A stretch of DNA of 64,000 nt, from NCBI GenBank assembly GCA_041946735.1, contig JBHGAY010000015.1, forward strand, positions 16,170-80,169. Reading direction: 5' to 3'. Below, one piece after another: positions 18,060 to 26,113 of this stretch. A program made the position numbers and the translations under genes. Under the pieces are notes generated by a model. It saw nothing but the letters and a program-made list of their open reading frames with translations, made no database searches and had not been told where the DNA came from. How positions within the stretch are numbered: position 1 is the stretch's first letter; each line of letters begins with the position of its first letter. This DNA is from Candidatus Eiseniibacteriota bacterium. GTDB taxonomy: Bacteria > Eisenbacteria > RBG-16-71-46 > CAIMUX01 > VGJL01.

Positions 18060-19528
18060 AACATCGCGTCCCGCGTGCGGCGTTTCCGCTCCTTCCGCTC
18101 CCTCCGCTGCTTCTGCTGCTTCCCGCCCTCTGGCTTCTCCGGCCACCCGCTGCGTCGGCGCGGGTGCTCCACGTCGAGCAGGCGGGTGCCGGCCGGCCGC
18201 GGGGCGTCTTCACCGAGGTGCAGGCGGCGATCGACGCGGCGGCCGACGGCGACACGATCCGGATCGGAGAGGGCCTGTTCACGGCGAGCACGGCCGCGTC
18301 GATCGTCGATCCGCTATGCGGCAACTGCCTCGAGCATCGGACGCCGGTCGCGGCGACGGCCGGATTCCGGATCGCCGGCGCGCGGCGGCTGGCGCTGATC
18401 GGAGCGGGCGCGGAGCGGACCGTCCTCTCCACCGGCGCCGGCTACGGCATCTGGATCGACGGCGGGGGCGGCGGCGAGGTGCGAGTCGAGCATCTCGCGG
18501 TCACGGGGGGCGCGCGCGACGCCGACGGCAACGCGACCGATGCCGGGGTCGTCGTGCGCGGCGCCCGCGTCACGCTCGAGCAGGTGCACGTGCGCGACAA
18601 CACCGCGCGCGCGGCCGACGAGAAGGTGGTCGTCGGCATCGCGGGCGTCGTGGGGCGCGAGGGGGCGGTGCTCGAGGTCGCCGGCTGTCGCATCGAGAAC
18701 AACGGCTGGGACGGGATCGCGCTCTACCGGGGAGCGACGGCGCTGATCCACGACAACGTGATCGAGCAGGGACGCGGCGCTGGGATCGGCATCACGTGGG
18801 ACGCCGCGGCGATCGTCCTGCGCAACCGAGTCTCCGGCTACTGGAAGGGGATTGGGACGTTCGGCAGCTCGCGCGCCGTCGTCCGCAACAACGCCGTTTT
18901 CGACAACCTGGGGTGGGGGATAATCGCGACCGGCGGCTCCTACCTCGAGGCGACGCAGAACGTGATCGTCCGCAACGGCAACTGCGGCTTCGCCGTCTGG
19001 GACTCCGCCGCAACCGGCACGGCCCGCAACAACCTCATCGTCGACAACGGATGGCGCAAGGAGTGGGTCTGCCCGAGGGTCGGCATCTGGCACGTGGGCG
19101 ATCCCGCGCGCTTCACCGTCCCCTGGAACGCGGCGTGGCGAAACGTGGCGGGGGATCTCCGGGTCGAGGGAGCGGGGGAGGCGGGCGCGGGAGCCCCAAC
19201 CGGCGCCGCGGCGGCCGCAGGGGAGGGCGGGGGAGCCGCGGCGGACACGTCCGTGGCGCGGCCGATCTCGATCGATCCGCTCTTCGAGGGAGCGGCCGAC
19301 TTCCGGCTGCGGGCCGGAAGCCCAGCCATCGACGCGGGAGATCCCGACATCCAGGATGCGGACGGCTCGCGCTCCGACCTCGGTCTCGGCGGGGGATCGC
19401 AGGCGCGCGAGCATCTTGGCGCGCCTCCGCCCGCGCTGCCGGCCGAGCGCAACCGCGTCGGTTCGGCCGCCTGGGCGGCCACGATCGCTTCGAGGCGAGC
19501 CGCCCGGAGTCCGCAGCACAGTCCGTGA
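18056..19528 (+). CDS. Secreted right-handed parallel beta-helix repeat protein (pectate-lyase/NosD-like fold)
   Basis: Its GTG start overlaps the asnB-like stop in a GTGA. AGGGAGGAGGA lies upstream. A signal peptide LLLLLPALWLLRPPAASA is present. Repeated N-x-I/V and D-N-G-W motifs (NNGWDGIALY, RNNAVFDN, VRNGNCGFAV, IVDNGW) mark the beta-helix. Confidence 0.75.
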   Translation: MKHRVPRAAFPLLPLPPLLLLLPALWLLRPPAASARVLHVEQAGAGRPRGVFTEVQAAIDAAADGDTIRIGEGLFTASTAASIVDPLCGNCLEHRTPVAATAGFRIAGARRLALIGAGAERTVLSTGAGYGIWIDGGGGGEVRVEHLAVTGGARDADGNATDAGVVVRGARVTLEQVHVRDNTARAADEKVVVGIAGVVGREGAVLEVAGCRIENNGWDGIALYRGATALIHDNVIEQGRGAGIGITWDAAAIVLRNRVSGYWKGIGTFGSSRAVVRNNAVFDNLGWGIIATGGSYLEATQNVIVRNGNCGFAVWDSAATGTARNNLIVDNGWRKEWVCPRVGIWHVGDPARFTVPWNAAWRNVAGDLRVEGAGEAGAGAPTGAAAAAGEGGGAAADTSVARPISIDPLFEGAADFRLRAGSPAIDAGDPDIQDADGSRSDLGLGGGSQAREHLGAPPPALPAERNRVGSAAWAATIASRRAARSPQHSP

Positions 19529-19565
19529 ACGAAGATTCGAGTGATCCGAAAGGGAGCGATTCACC

Positions 19566-21734
19566 ATGGAGCCTTCCTCACGACGAAGCCGTCGTCTCGG
19601 TGCCGTACTCACGATTCATGCTCGCTGGTTGCTCGTGCTGCTCACCGCGTGCCCCAATGCTGCAGCCCTCGCGGCGGCCGACGAGGCTGGCAAGACCGAA
19701 GAGCCGCGCTCGCGCGTCTTCCTCGCCGACACCGTGGAGGTGACCGGGGAGCGCATGCCGGCTGACCCGATGCGCGTCGCGGTCGCCGGCAGCTCCATCC
19801 CGGCGTCGGCGCTCGACACGCGGCGGCAGGCGGGCCTCGACGAAGGGCTCGACTTGGTCCCCGGCGTCCTCGCGCAGAGCCGCGCGGGCGGGGGCGATGT
19901 GCGGATCCTGATGCGCGGGTTCGGGGCACGAGGCAACGGCGACCGGTCGAACGCCGGGACGACGCGCGGCATCCGTGTGCTTCTCGATGGGTTCCCGGTC
20001 ACCGAGCCGGATGGCCGCACCAGTCTCGACCTCGCGGACGTCGGCGGCCTCTCGCAGATCCGCGTGCTCCGCTCGAACGCGTCGACGCTCTACGGGTCGG
20101 CGTCGGGGGGCGTGATCGACCTCGTCAGCGACGTCGCCTTCGAGCATCCCTACGCGGAAGGACGGATCGCCGGCGGCAGCTTCGGCCTGCAGCGCGCGCA
20201 GGGGGAGATCGGGACGCGCGCCGGAAGCGCCCGCATCCTGCTGACCGGCGCCTGGACGAGCTTCGACGGCTGGCGCGAGCACAGCGCGAGCGAGGTGGCG
20301 ATCGGCGGCCTCGCTATCCGCAGCGACCCATCGCCGCGCACCTCGATCGGCCTCTTCCTGCGGGCGGCGCGCAACCGCTTCCGCATGCCGGGGCCGCTGA
20401 CCGAGGAGCAGCTCGCCGCCGATCCGCGCCAGGCCGACTCGCTCTACGTCGCGCGAAACGACCGTCGTGACAACCGGATCGGTCGCGTCGGGCTTCGGCT
20501 CCGCCAGGCGCTCGGCAGCGGAGAGTCCCACTCGATCGTCGCGAGCGCTTTCGTCGAGCCGAAGACGTTGCAGCGTTCCGAACGCGGCCGCTTTCGGGAC
20601 TTCGAGCGGGTGCATCTCGGCGGCAATCTCCTGCACTCGCTCGCCTTCACGCTCGGGCGTTCGGGAGCGGTGCCCGCGCGCTGGAACGCCGGCTTCGAGG
20701 AGGGCTACCAGGACGGCTCGGCGCGCTTCCACGACCTCGGTCCTGGAGGCACGCGCGGCACGACCCTCGTCTCCGACAAGAGGGAGGGGATCGAGACGCA
20801 AGGCTTCTACACCGATCTCGCCGTCCGCCCGTCGGGGCGTCTCGAGCTGGTTGCCGGTGCACGCTACGACCGCCTCCGCTACATCTTCGAGGACTACCAG
20901 GACCCCTCGCTCGGAGACGAGCGCACGCTCGACGCGCTGAGCCCGCGGCTGAGCGTTTCGTACGAGGCGGGCCGAGGGCAGATGTTCTATGCGGCGCTCT
21001 CCGGGGGGATCGAGGCGCCGGCGTTCAATGAAGTCGACCCCCCGGCGCCGTACGACACGCTGACCGGGCTGAACCCGTTCCTCGATCCCGCGACGTCGGT
21101 CACGTACGAGATCGGAACGAAGGGGCGCATTGGAGGCGACTCCCCGGCGGCGCCGGTGCGCGTCCGCTACGACGTCGCCGCCTACCGGATCGATCTGCGC
21201 GACGAGATCGTGCCCTACGACGGTGGTGCCTATTACCTGACGGCGGGCAAATCGCGCCGCTACGGATTCGAGGCGGGCATCGACGCGGAGAGCCGCTGGG
21301 GGCTGAGCGCGAAGGCGGCGCTGACTGTCCTCTCGAGTGAGTACCTCCGCTACGAGAACGAGCTGGGGGACTTCGACGGCAATGAGACCTCCGGGATCCC
21401 GGGGACGACGCTCACGCTCCTCCTCCGCTACGACACCCGGCCCGGCGTCTACGCCGAGGCAAGGCTTCGCACGGTCGGGTCCTACTGGGCGGACGACGCG
21501 AACCAGGTCGAGGTGCCGGGCTACGAGCGGATCGACTTGACGGTCGGGATGGAGCGGTCGATCGGAGGCTCGCGGGTGGTCGGGATCTTCGCGGGGATCG
21601 AAAACCTGGCTGGCGAGGACTACGTCTCCTCCGCCTTCATCAACGGCACGGGCGGACGCTACTTCGAGCCGGGGATGGAGAGGAACCTGGTTGTCGGCGT
21701 CTCGGCGCGAACCGGGCTCGGCGCGGCCGACTGA
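19566..21734 (+). CDS. TonB-dependent outer-membrane receptor
   Basis: Signal peptide, then a plug domain (IRVLLDGFPV...LADVGGLSQIRVLRSNASTLYGSASGGVIDL), then a roughly 550-aa barrel region. AGGGAG is the RBS. Confidence 0.8.
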   Translation: MEPSSRRSRRLGAVLTIHARWLLVLLTACPNAAALAAADEAGKTEEPRSRVFLADTVEVTGERMPADPMRVAVAGSSIPASALDTRRQAGLDEGLDLVPGVLAQSRAGGGDVRILMRGFGARGNGDRSNAGTTRGIRVLLDGFPVTEPDGRTSLDLADVGGLSQIRVLRSNASTLYGSASGGVIDLVSDVAFEHPYAEGRIAGGSFGLQRAQGEIGTRAGSARILLTGAWTSFDGWREHSASEVAIGGLAIRSDPSPRTSIGLFLRAARNRFRMPGPLTEEQLAADPRQADSLYVARNDRRDNRIGRVGLRLRQALGSGESHSIVASAFVEPKTLQRSERGRFRDFERVHLGGNLLHSLAFTLGRSGAVPARWNAGFEEGYQDGSARFHDLGPGGTRGTTLVSDKREGIETQGFYTDLAVRPSGRLELVAGARYDRLRYIFEDYQDPSLGDERTLDALSPRLSVSYEAGRGQMFYAALSGGIEAPAFNEVDPPAPYDTLTGLNPFLDPATSVTYEIGTKGRIGGDSPAAPVRVRYDVAAYRIDLRDEIVPYDGGAYYLTAGKSRRYGFEAGIDAESRWGLSAKAALTVLSSEYLRYENELGDFDGNETSGIPGTTLTLLLRYDTRPGVYAEARLRTVGSYWADDANQVEVPGYERIDLTVGMERSIGGSRVVGIFAGIENLAGEDYVSSAFINGTGGRYFEPGMERNLVVGVSARTGLGAAD

Positions 21735-21855
21735 GAGCCGGCCGTCCGGCGGCGGGAGAACGGGAAGAAGAAGCGAGGCGGGAGAGCGTCGCCGCTCCCC
21801 CGCCCATCTGGCGATCTATCGCGCGCGCGATCGCGAGCGATAGATCGAGCCGTAG

Positions 21856-22716
21856 CTACGACCGGACCGACTCCGCCTTGTCGCTCGTCTTCGCCGCCGG
21901 CCGCTCCGCAGGCTGATGCGTCGAGACGTGCGCCTGGATCATCTCCGCGAGCCGCGCGTCGTCGATCTTCGCCAGCTTCGCCTGGAGATCGACTGTCTTG
22001 CCTTCGCGAGCCGCCGTGTAGCGGACCTTGTCACCGCTCTTGAATCCTTCGTTCATCAACTTCCCCACCGCTTCCGCGTTCTCCGCGGTGAAAGCGATTC
22101 CATTGAGGGAGGTGAGGACGTCGCCGACCTGGAAGCCGGCCTTCTCCGCCGGGCTGCCTGCGTCGACACGGGTGACGGTCGGCTGACAGGTCCCGTTCGC
22201 CGCGCAGATCATCTCGACGCCGAGCCATCCGTGGTTCGCGTAGTAGGTGCGCAGCATCTGCTCGCAGTCGGCCGTGTTGCTATCGCACACCACGCCGTCA
22301 TGGCTGCAGACCGCCATCGCGCCCATGTAGGGGCAGCCGCCACCCGCGTTCGCCTGCGCGCCCGCGCCCTTGCCCGCGCAGCAGGACGATCCGCCGGACG
22401 TTTCCATCGCGGTCTTCTCGCCATCGGCGCAGCCCGAGCCCGCCTTCATCGCTCCCTTCGAGCCCCCGCAGACGGCGCGCGCTTGAGTTCCCTTGGCGTC
22501 GCTTCCGGAGCAGACGGGCACGAATTCGGCGGCGGCCGATGTGGAGCCGGATTGCGTCATCCCGGGGCAGACGGAAGCCTGAGTCGCGGAGCCGGAGCGG
22601 TTACAGCTCGCCTTCGACGAGCAATCGGAGAACGCGCCGCCCGCGTGGGCGCCCCACGCGGTCAGGCCGGCCAGGGCGACGACCGCGAGCAGACCGGTCA
22701 ACTTCGTGCTCTTCAT
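21856..22716 (-). CDS. Secreted Cys-rich protein with a C-terminal PDZ domain
   Basis: Signal peptide MKSTKLTGLLAVVALAGLTAWGAHA. About 18 Cys in 150 aa, mostly as C-x-x-G/C-x-G pairs. The C-terminal PDZ reads GWLGVEM...GDVLTSLNG...VRYTAAREGKTVDL. Confidence 0.7.
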   Translation of the reverse strand: MKSTKLTGLLAVVALAGLTAWGAHAGGAFSDCSSKASCNRSGSATQASVCPGMTQSGSTSAAAEFVPVCSGSDAKGTQARAVCGGSKGAMKAGSGCADGEKTAMETSGGSSCCAGKGAGAQANAGGGCPYMGAMAVCSHDGVVCDSNTADCEQMLRTYYANHGWLGVEMICAANGTCQPTVTRVDAGSPAEKAGFQVGDVLTSLNGIAFTAENAEAVGKLMNEGFKSGDKVRYTAAREGKTVDLQAKLAKIDDARLAEMIQAHVSTHQPAERPAAKTSDKAESVRS

Positions 22717-22968
22717 CTAGGAATCCTCCTCGTTGCTTTCGACGTCGGTCGAGGTTCGGGGGGATCGGAACAGATCCCTGGCGGAGATCATACAGTTCAT
22801 TAGGGGAAGCCCTCAACAGAAGGAGCTTCCCAACTACCACGACGCGCTGGAACCGCTGGAATCCATACCGGTTCCCGGGATTCTCCTCGGACGCTTGGTA
22901 GGATCTCGATCGGCCACACTCTTGGCGCCAGGAGCCGAGGATCGTTCGGCTGAGGCCAGGACGACACC

Positions 22969-23030
22969 CCGGATGTAGGGGCGCTGCCGGACGCGCCGGA
23001 CGTAGGGGTGCCACAGGACGTAGGGGCGCC
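22969..23030. repeat. Three direct copies of a roughly 17-bp motif CCGGACGTAGGGGYGCC upstream of the PDZ-protein gene
   Basis: ccggatgtaggggcgc / ccggacgtaggggtgcc / caggacgtaggggcgcc seen directly. The copies lie about 250-310 bp upstream of the minus-strand start at 22716. Confidence 0.5.
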
Positions 23031-23061
23031 CGCCCCATGGCCGACGCCAGCAGGCCCGGAA

Positions 23062-23805
23062 TCAGACCAAGCGATCGTTCGCTTGCGCCGCCGTTGCTTG
23101 GCTTTCGACCGCGACTGCGGGTCGCCAGCGCCGGTAGCGCCAAAGCGTCTCGATCGCTTCGATCCCGTCCTTCGCGCGGATCTTCTTCCCTTCGGCCAGG
23201 CGCCGGGGCTCGTAGCGGATCGGCACCTCGTGGATGCGCTCCCCCATGCGGGCCGTTTTCGCCGTGACTTCCGGGCAGAACTCGAAGCGCTCGCACTGCA
23301 GGTCCATCGCCTCGATCAACCGCCGGTCGACGAGCTTGTAGCAGGTCGCCTCGTCGGTCAGTCGCAGGCCGTAGAGGATGTTCGCGATCCACGTGAGCAC
23401 GATCCCGCCGAGGTAGAACGAGAGGGCGGAGTACTTGCGGTTGCGTTTCTCGAGCCGGCGCGAGCCGTAGACGACGCGGGCCCCGACCCTCTGGGTCTCC
23501 TCGATCAGGCGAGCCAGGTCCTCGGGGTGGTACTCGAGATCCGCGTCCTGCGGGACGATGAAATCGCCGCTCGCCCGCGCGAGGGCGGTGCGCAGAGCGG
23601 CCCCTTTGCCCCGGTTGGTCGGATGACGGATCATGAGCACGCGCCCGGCATAGCGCGCGAGGATCTCCGGGGTGTTGTCGCTCGAGGCGTCGTCGACCAC
23701 CACGATCTCGCGCTCCACGGGAAGGGAAGCGGAAAGCACCCGGTCCAGCAGAGCGGCGATCGTCCCCTCTTCGTTGTAGACGGGGATCAGGATGCTGAGC
23801 TTCAC
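23062..23805 (-). CDS. Glycosyltransferase family 2 (dolichol/polyprenol-phosphate mannosyl- or glucosyltransferase-like)
   Basis: MKLSILIPVYNEEGTI...VVVDDASSDNT...PQDADLEYHP are classic GT2/DPM1-like motifs. The overlapping 450-aa track ORF 22601..23953 in another frame is rejected. Confidence 0.85.
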   Translation of the reverse strand: MKLSILIPVYNEEGTIAALLDRVLSASLPVEREIVVVDDASSDNTPEILARYAGRVLMIRHPTNRGKGAALRTALARASGDFIVPQDADLEYHPEDLARLIEETQRVGARVVYGSRRLEKRNRKYSALSFYLGGIVLTWIANILYGLRLTDEATCYKLVDRRLIEAMDLQCERFEFCPEVTAKTARMGERIHEVPIRYEPRRLAEGKKIRAKDGIEAIETLWRYRRWRPAVAVESQATAAQANDRLV

Positions 23806-23964
23806 CGGGTCTTCCTCCCTCGCTGCCGCGCGATCCTCGAGATGGAAGGAGGCACTCGCAGCGCGCCCCGAAAGGATAGCGGGCCGGCGCGCAGGCGGGA
23901 AGCCGTTGACAGGTTCGGCGATCGGTCCGTACCCTTCCGAAAACCTCTTTCAAAGGCTAGAAAC

Positions 23965-25794
23965 ATGCAGGATCAAGAGATCGCGCAACAGGCCCGTGCC
24001 CTGGACGAGGCCTCTCGAGAGCTGTACCGCATCCGGCACTCGCTCGCGCACGTTCTCGCGCAAGCGGTGCTGGAGATTCGCCCGGGGGCGAAGCTCGGGT
24101 TCGGTCCGCCCGTCGAGAACGGGTTCTACTACGACTTCGAGTTTCCCGAGCCGATCACCGCCGAGGATCTTCCGAAGCTCGAGAAGCGGATGCGGGAGAT
24201 TCTGCGCCGCAAGGTCCCGTTCGAGCGCGAGGAGATGCGGTCGACCGACGCGATCGAAAGGATCGCCGGGTTGGCGCAACCGTTCAAGCTCGAAGCGGCT
24301 CGAGATCTGGCCGCGAAGGGGATCGACACGATCTCCTTCTACACGAGTGGGCCGTTCCTCGACATGTGCGAGGGCCCGCACGTCGCCGACACCTCCCAGA
24401 TTCCGGCAGACGCCTTCCGCCTCGACTCGATCGCCGGAGCGTATTGGCGCGGCGACGAGAAGAACCCGATGCTCACCCGCATCTACGGCCTCGCCTTCCG
24501 GACCAAGGAAGAGCTGGAGGCGTTCATCGAGCGGCGCCGCATCGCGATGGAGCGCGACCACCGCAAGCTGGGGCGCGAGCTGGACATCTTCGACATCGAC
24601 GAGGAGGTCGGCAAGGGGCTGATCCTCTGGCTTCCGAACGGCACGGTGTTGCGCGACGAGGTCGAGAAGCTCGCGAAGGAGGCGGAGTTCCGCTACGGCT
24701 ACGACCGCGTCGCGACCCCGCACCTCGCGCATCAGGAGCTGTATCTGCGCAGCGGGCATCTTCCTTACTACAAGGACAGCATGTTCCCTCCGATGCGCTG
24801 GGAAGAGGAGGGGCGTGAAGAGGTCTTCTACCTCAAGCCGATGAACTGCCCGCATCATCACATGATCTACCGCAGCCGCCCGCACTCCTACCGCGATCTG
24901 CCGCTGCGCCTTGCGGAATACGGGACCTGCTATCGTTTCGAGAAGTCCGGAGAGCTGGCCGGCCTGCTGCGGGTGCGCGGCCTGACGATGAACGACGCGC
25001 ACATCTACTGCACGCATGAGCAGTCGCTCGCCGAGGCGATCCTCGTCATGCGCCTCTACAAAGAGCTGTACGACGTGTTCGAGCTGAAGAACTTCACACT
25101 CCGCCTCTCGACCCACGATCCTGCGAATCGCGAGAAGTTCCACCCGGACGAAGCGATCTGGACGGAGACCGAGGCGATCTTGCGGCAGGCGCTCGTGCAG
25201 GAGGGGATTCCGTTCGAGGAGGGATTCGGCGAGGCGGCGTTCTACGGGCCGAAGATCGACGTGCAGTTCGAGAACCTGCTCGGCCGTGAGGAAACCGTCT
25301 CGACCGTGCAGCTGGACTATATGGCTGCGGAGAAGTTCGAGCTGCGCTACATCGACGAGCACGGTCAGGAGGCGAAGCCGGCGGTCATCCATCGCGCGCC
25401 GCTCTCCACCCACGAGCGGATGTTGTCATTCCTGATCGAGCACTACGGCGGGGCATTCCCGACCTGGCTCTCTCCGGTGCAAGTGCGGATCGTCACGATC
25501 AACGATGATCTATTGCCGCATGCGTACGGCCTGCGCGACCGCTTGCGGGCCGAGTACGTTCGCGCCGAGGTCGACGATCTGCCCCACTCCTTCAACAAGA
25601 AGATCCGCAACGCCTCGATGCAGAAGATTCCGATCGTGCTGGTGGTCGGGAGGCGCGAGGCGGAGGCCGGTCAGGTCACTGTCCGCCGTTACAAGAGGAC
25701 AGAGCAACGGACGATGCCGTTCGAGGAGTTCTTCGCCGAGCTGCGCGAGGAGATCCGGCGGCGGATCCACGTGAAGGGGGAGGAAGGTGACTGA
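23965..25794 (+). CDS. thrS: Threonyl-tRNA synthetase (class II) without the N-terminal TGS domain
   Basis: It starts MQDQEIAQQARAL. A second-additional/editing region with the HxxxH...CxxxH zinc motif is followed by the class II core (DHRKLGRELD, FRYGYDRV, the three class-II motifs) and an anticodon-binding domain. About 609 aa against about 640 for canonical ThrRS. Confidence 0.85.
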   Translation: MQDQEIAQQARALDEASRELYRIRHSLAHVLAQAVLEIRPGAKLGFGPPVENGFYYDFEFPEPITAEDLPKLEKRMREILRRKVPFEREEMRSTDAIERIAGLAQPFKLEAARDLAAKGIDTISFYTSGPFLDMCEGPHVADTSQIPADAFRLDSIAGAYWRGDEKNPMLTRIYGLAFRTKEELEAFIERRRIAMERDHRKLGRELDIFDIDEEVGKGLILWLPNGTVLRDEVEKLAKEAEFRYGYDRVATPHLAHQELYLRSGHLPYYKDSMFPPMRWEEEGREEVFYLKPMNCPHHHMIYRSRPHSYRDLPLRLAEYGTCYRFEKSGELAGLLRVRGLTMNDAHIYCTHEQSLAEAILVMRLYKELYDVFELKNFTLRLSTHDPANREKFHPDEAIWTETEAILRQALVQEGIPFEEGFGEAAFYGPKIDVQFENLLGREETVSTVQLDYMAAEKFELRYIDEHGQEAKPAVIHRAPLSTHERMLSFLIEHYGGAFPTWLSPVQVRIVTINDDLLPHAYGLRDRLRAEYVRAEVDDLPHSFNKKIRNASMQKIPIVLVVGRREAEAGQVTVRRYKRTEQRTMPFEEFFAELREEIRRRIHVKGEEGD

Positions 25795-26113
25795 GACGGG
25801 CTGCCGGGCCGCCGCTCGGATATGCCCGTCTGACCTTCCGCCCGAACCGCCGCTGCACTGATCGCGCCGTCGATTCGAGGAGTGCCGGCCGCACCCTCCT
25901 CCCCGCGCCTTGCGGCGTCTCTCCCTCCTCCCTGCGCTTCCGACGTCTCTTCCTCATCCGTGTCCCGAATCCGTCCACCGCACATCCGCCGGACGTTCGT
26001 CCCCCAAGCTCGCGAAAGTGATAGAATTCACCGAACGCAAACGCACCCGAGGCCGCTCCGCATCCGGCCTCCTGCGCACCTGCGAGCTTCCACCCTCAGC
26101 CGGGAGGTTCTCG

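Noticed and set aside
22601-23953. 450-aa minus-strand ORF overlapping the GT2 gene
   Set aside because: A different frame of the same strand as the clear GT2 CDS 23062..23805. The product is Arg/Pro-rich low complexity.
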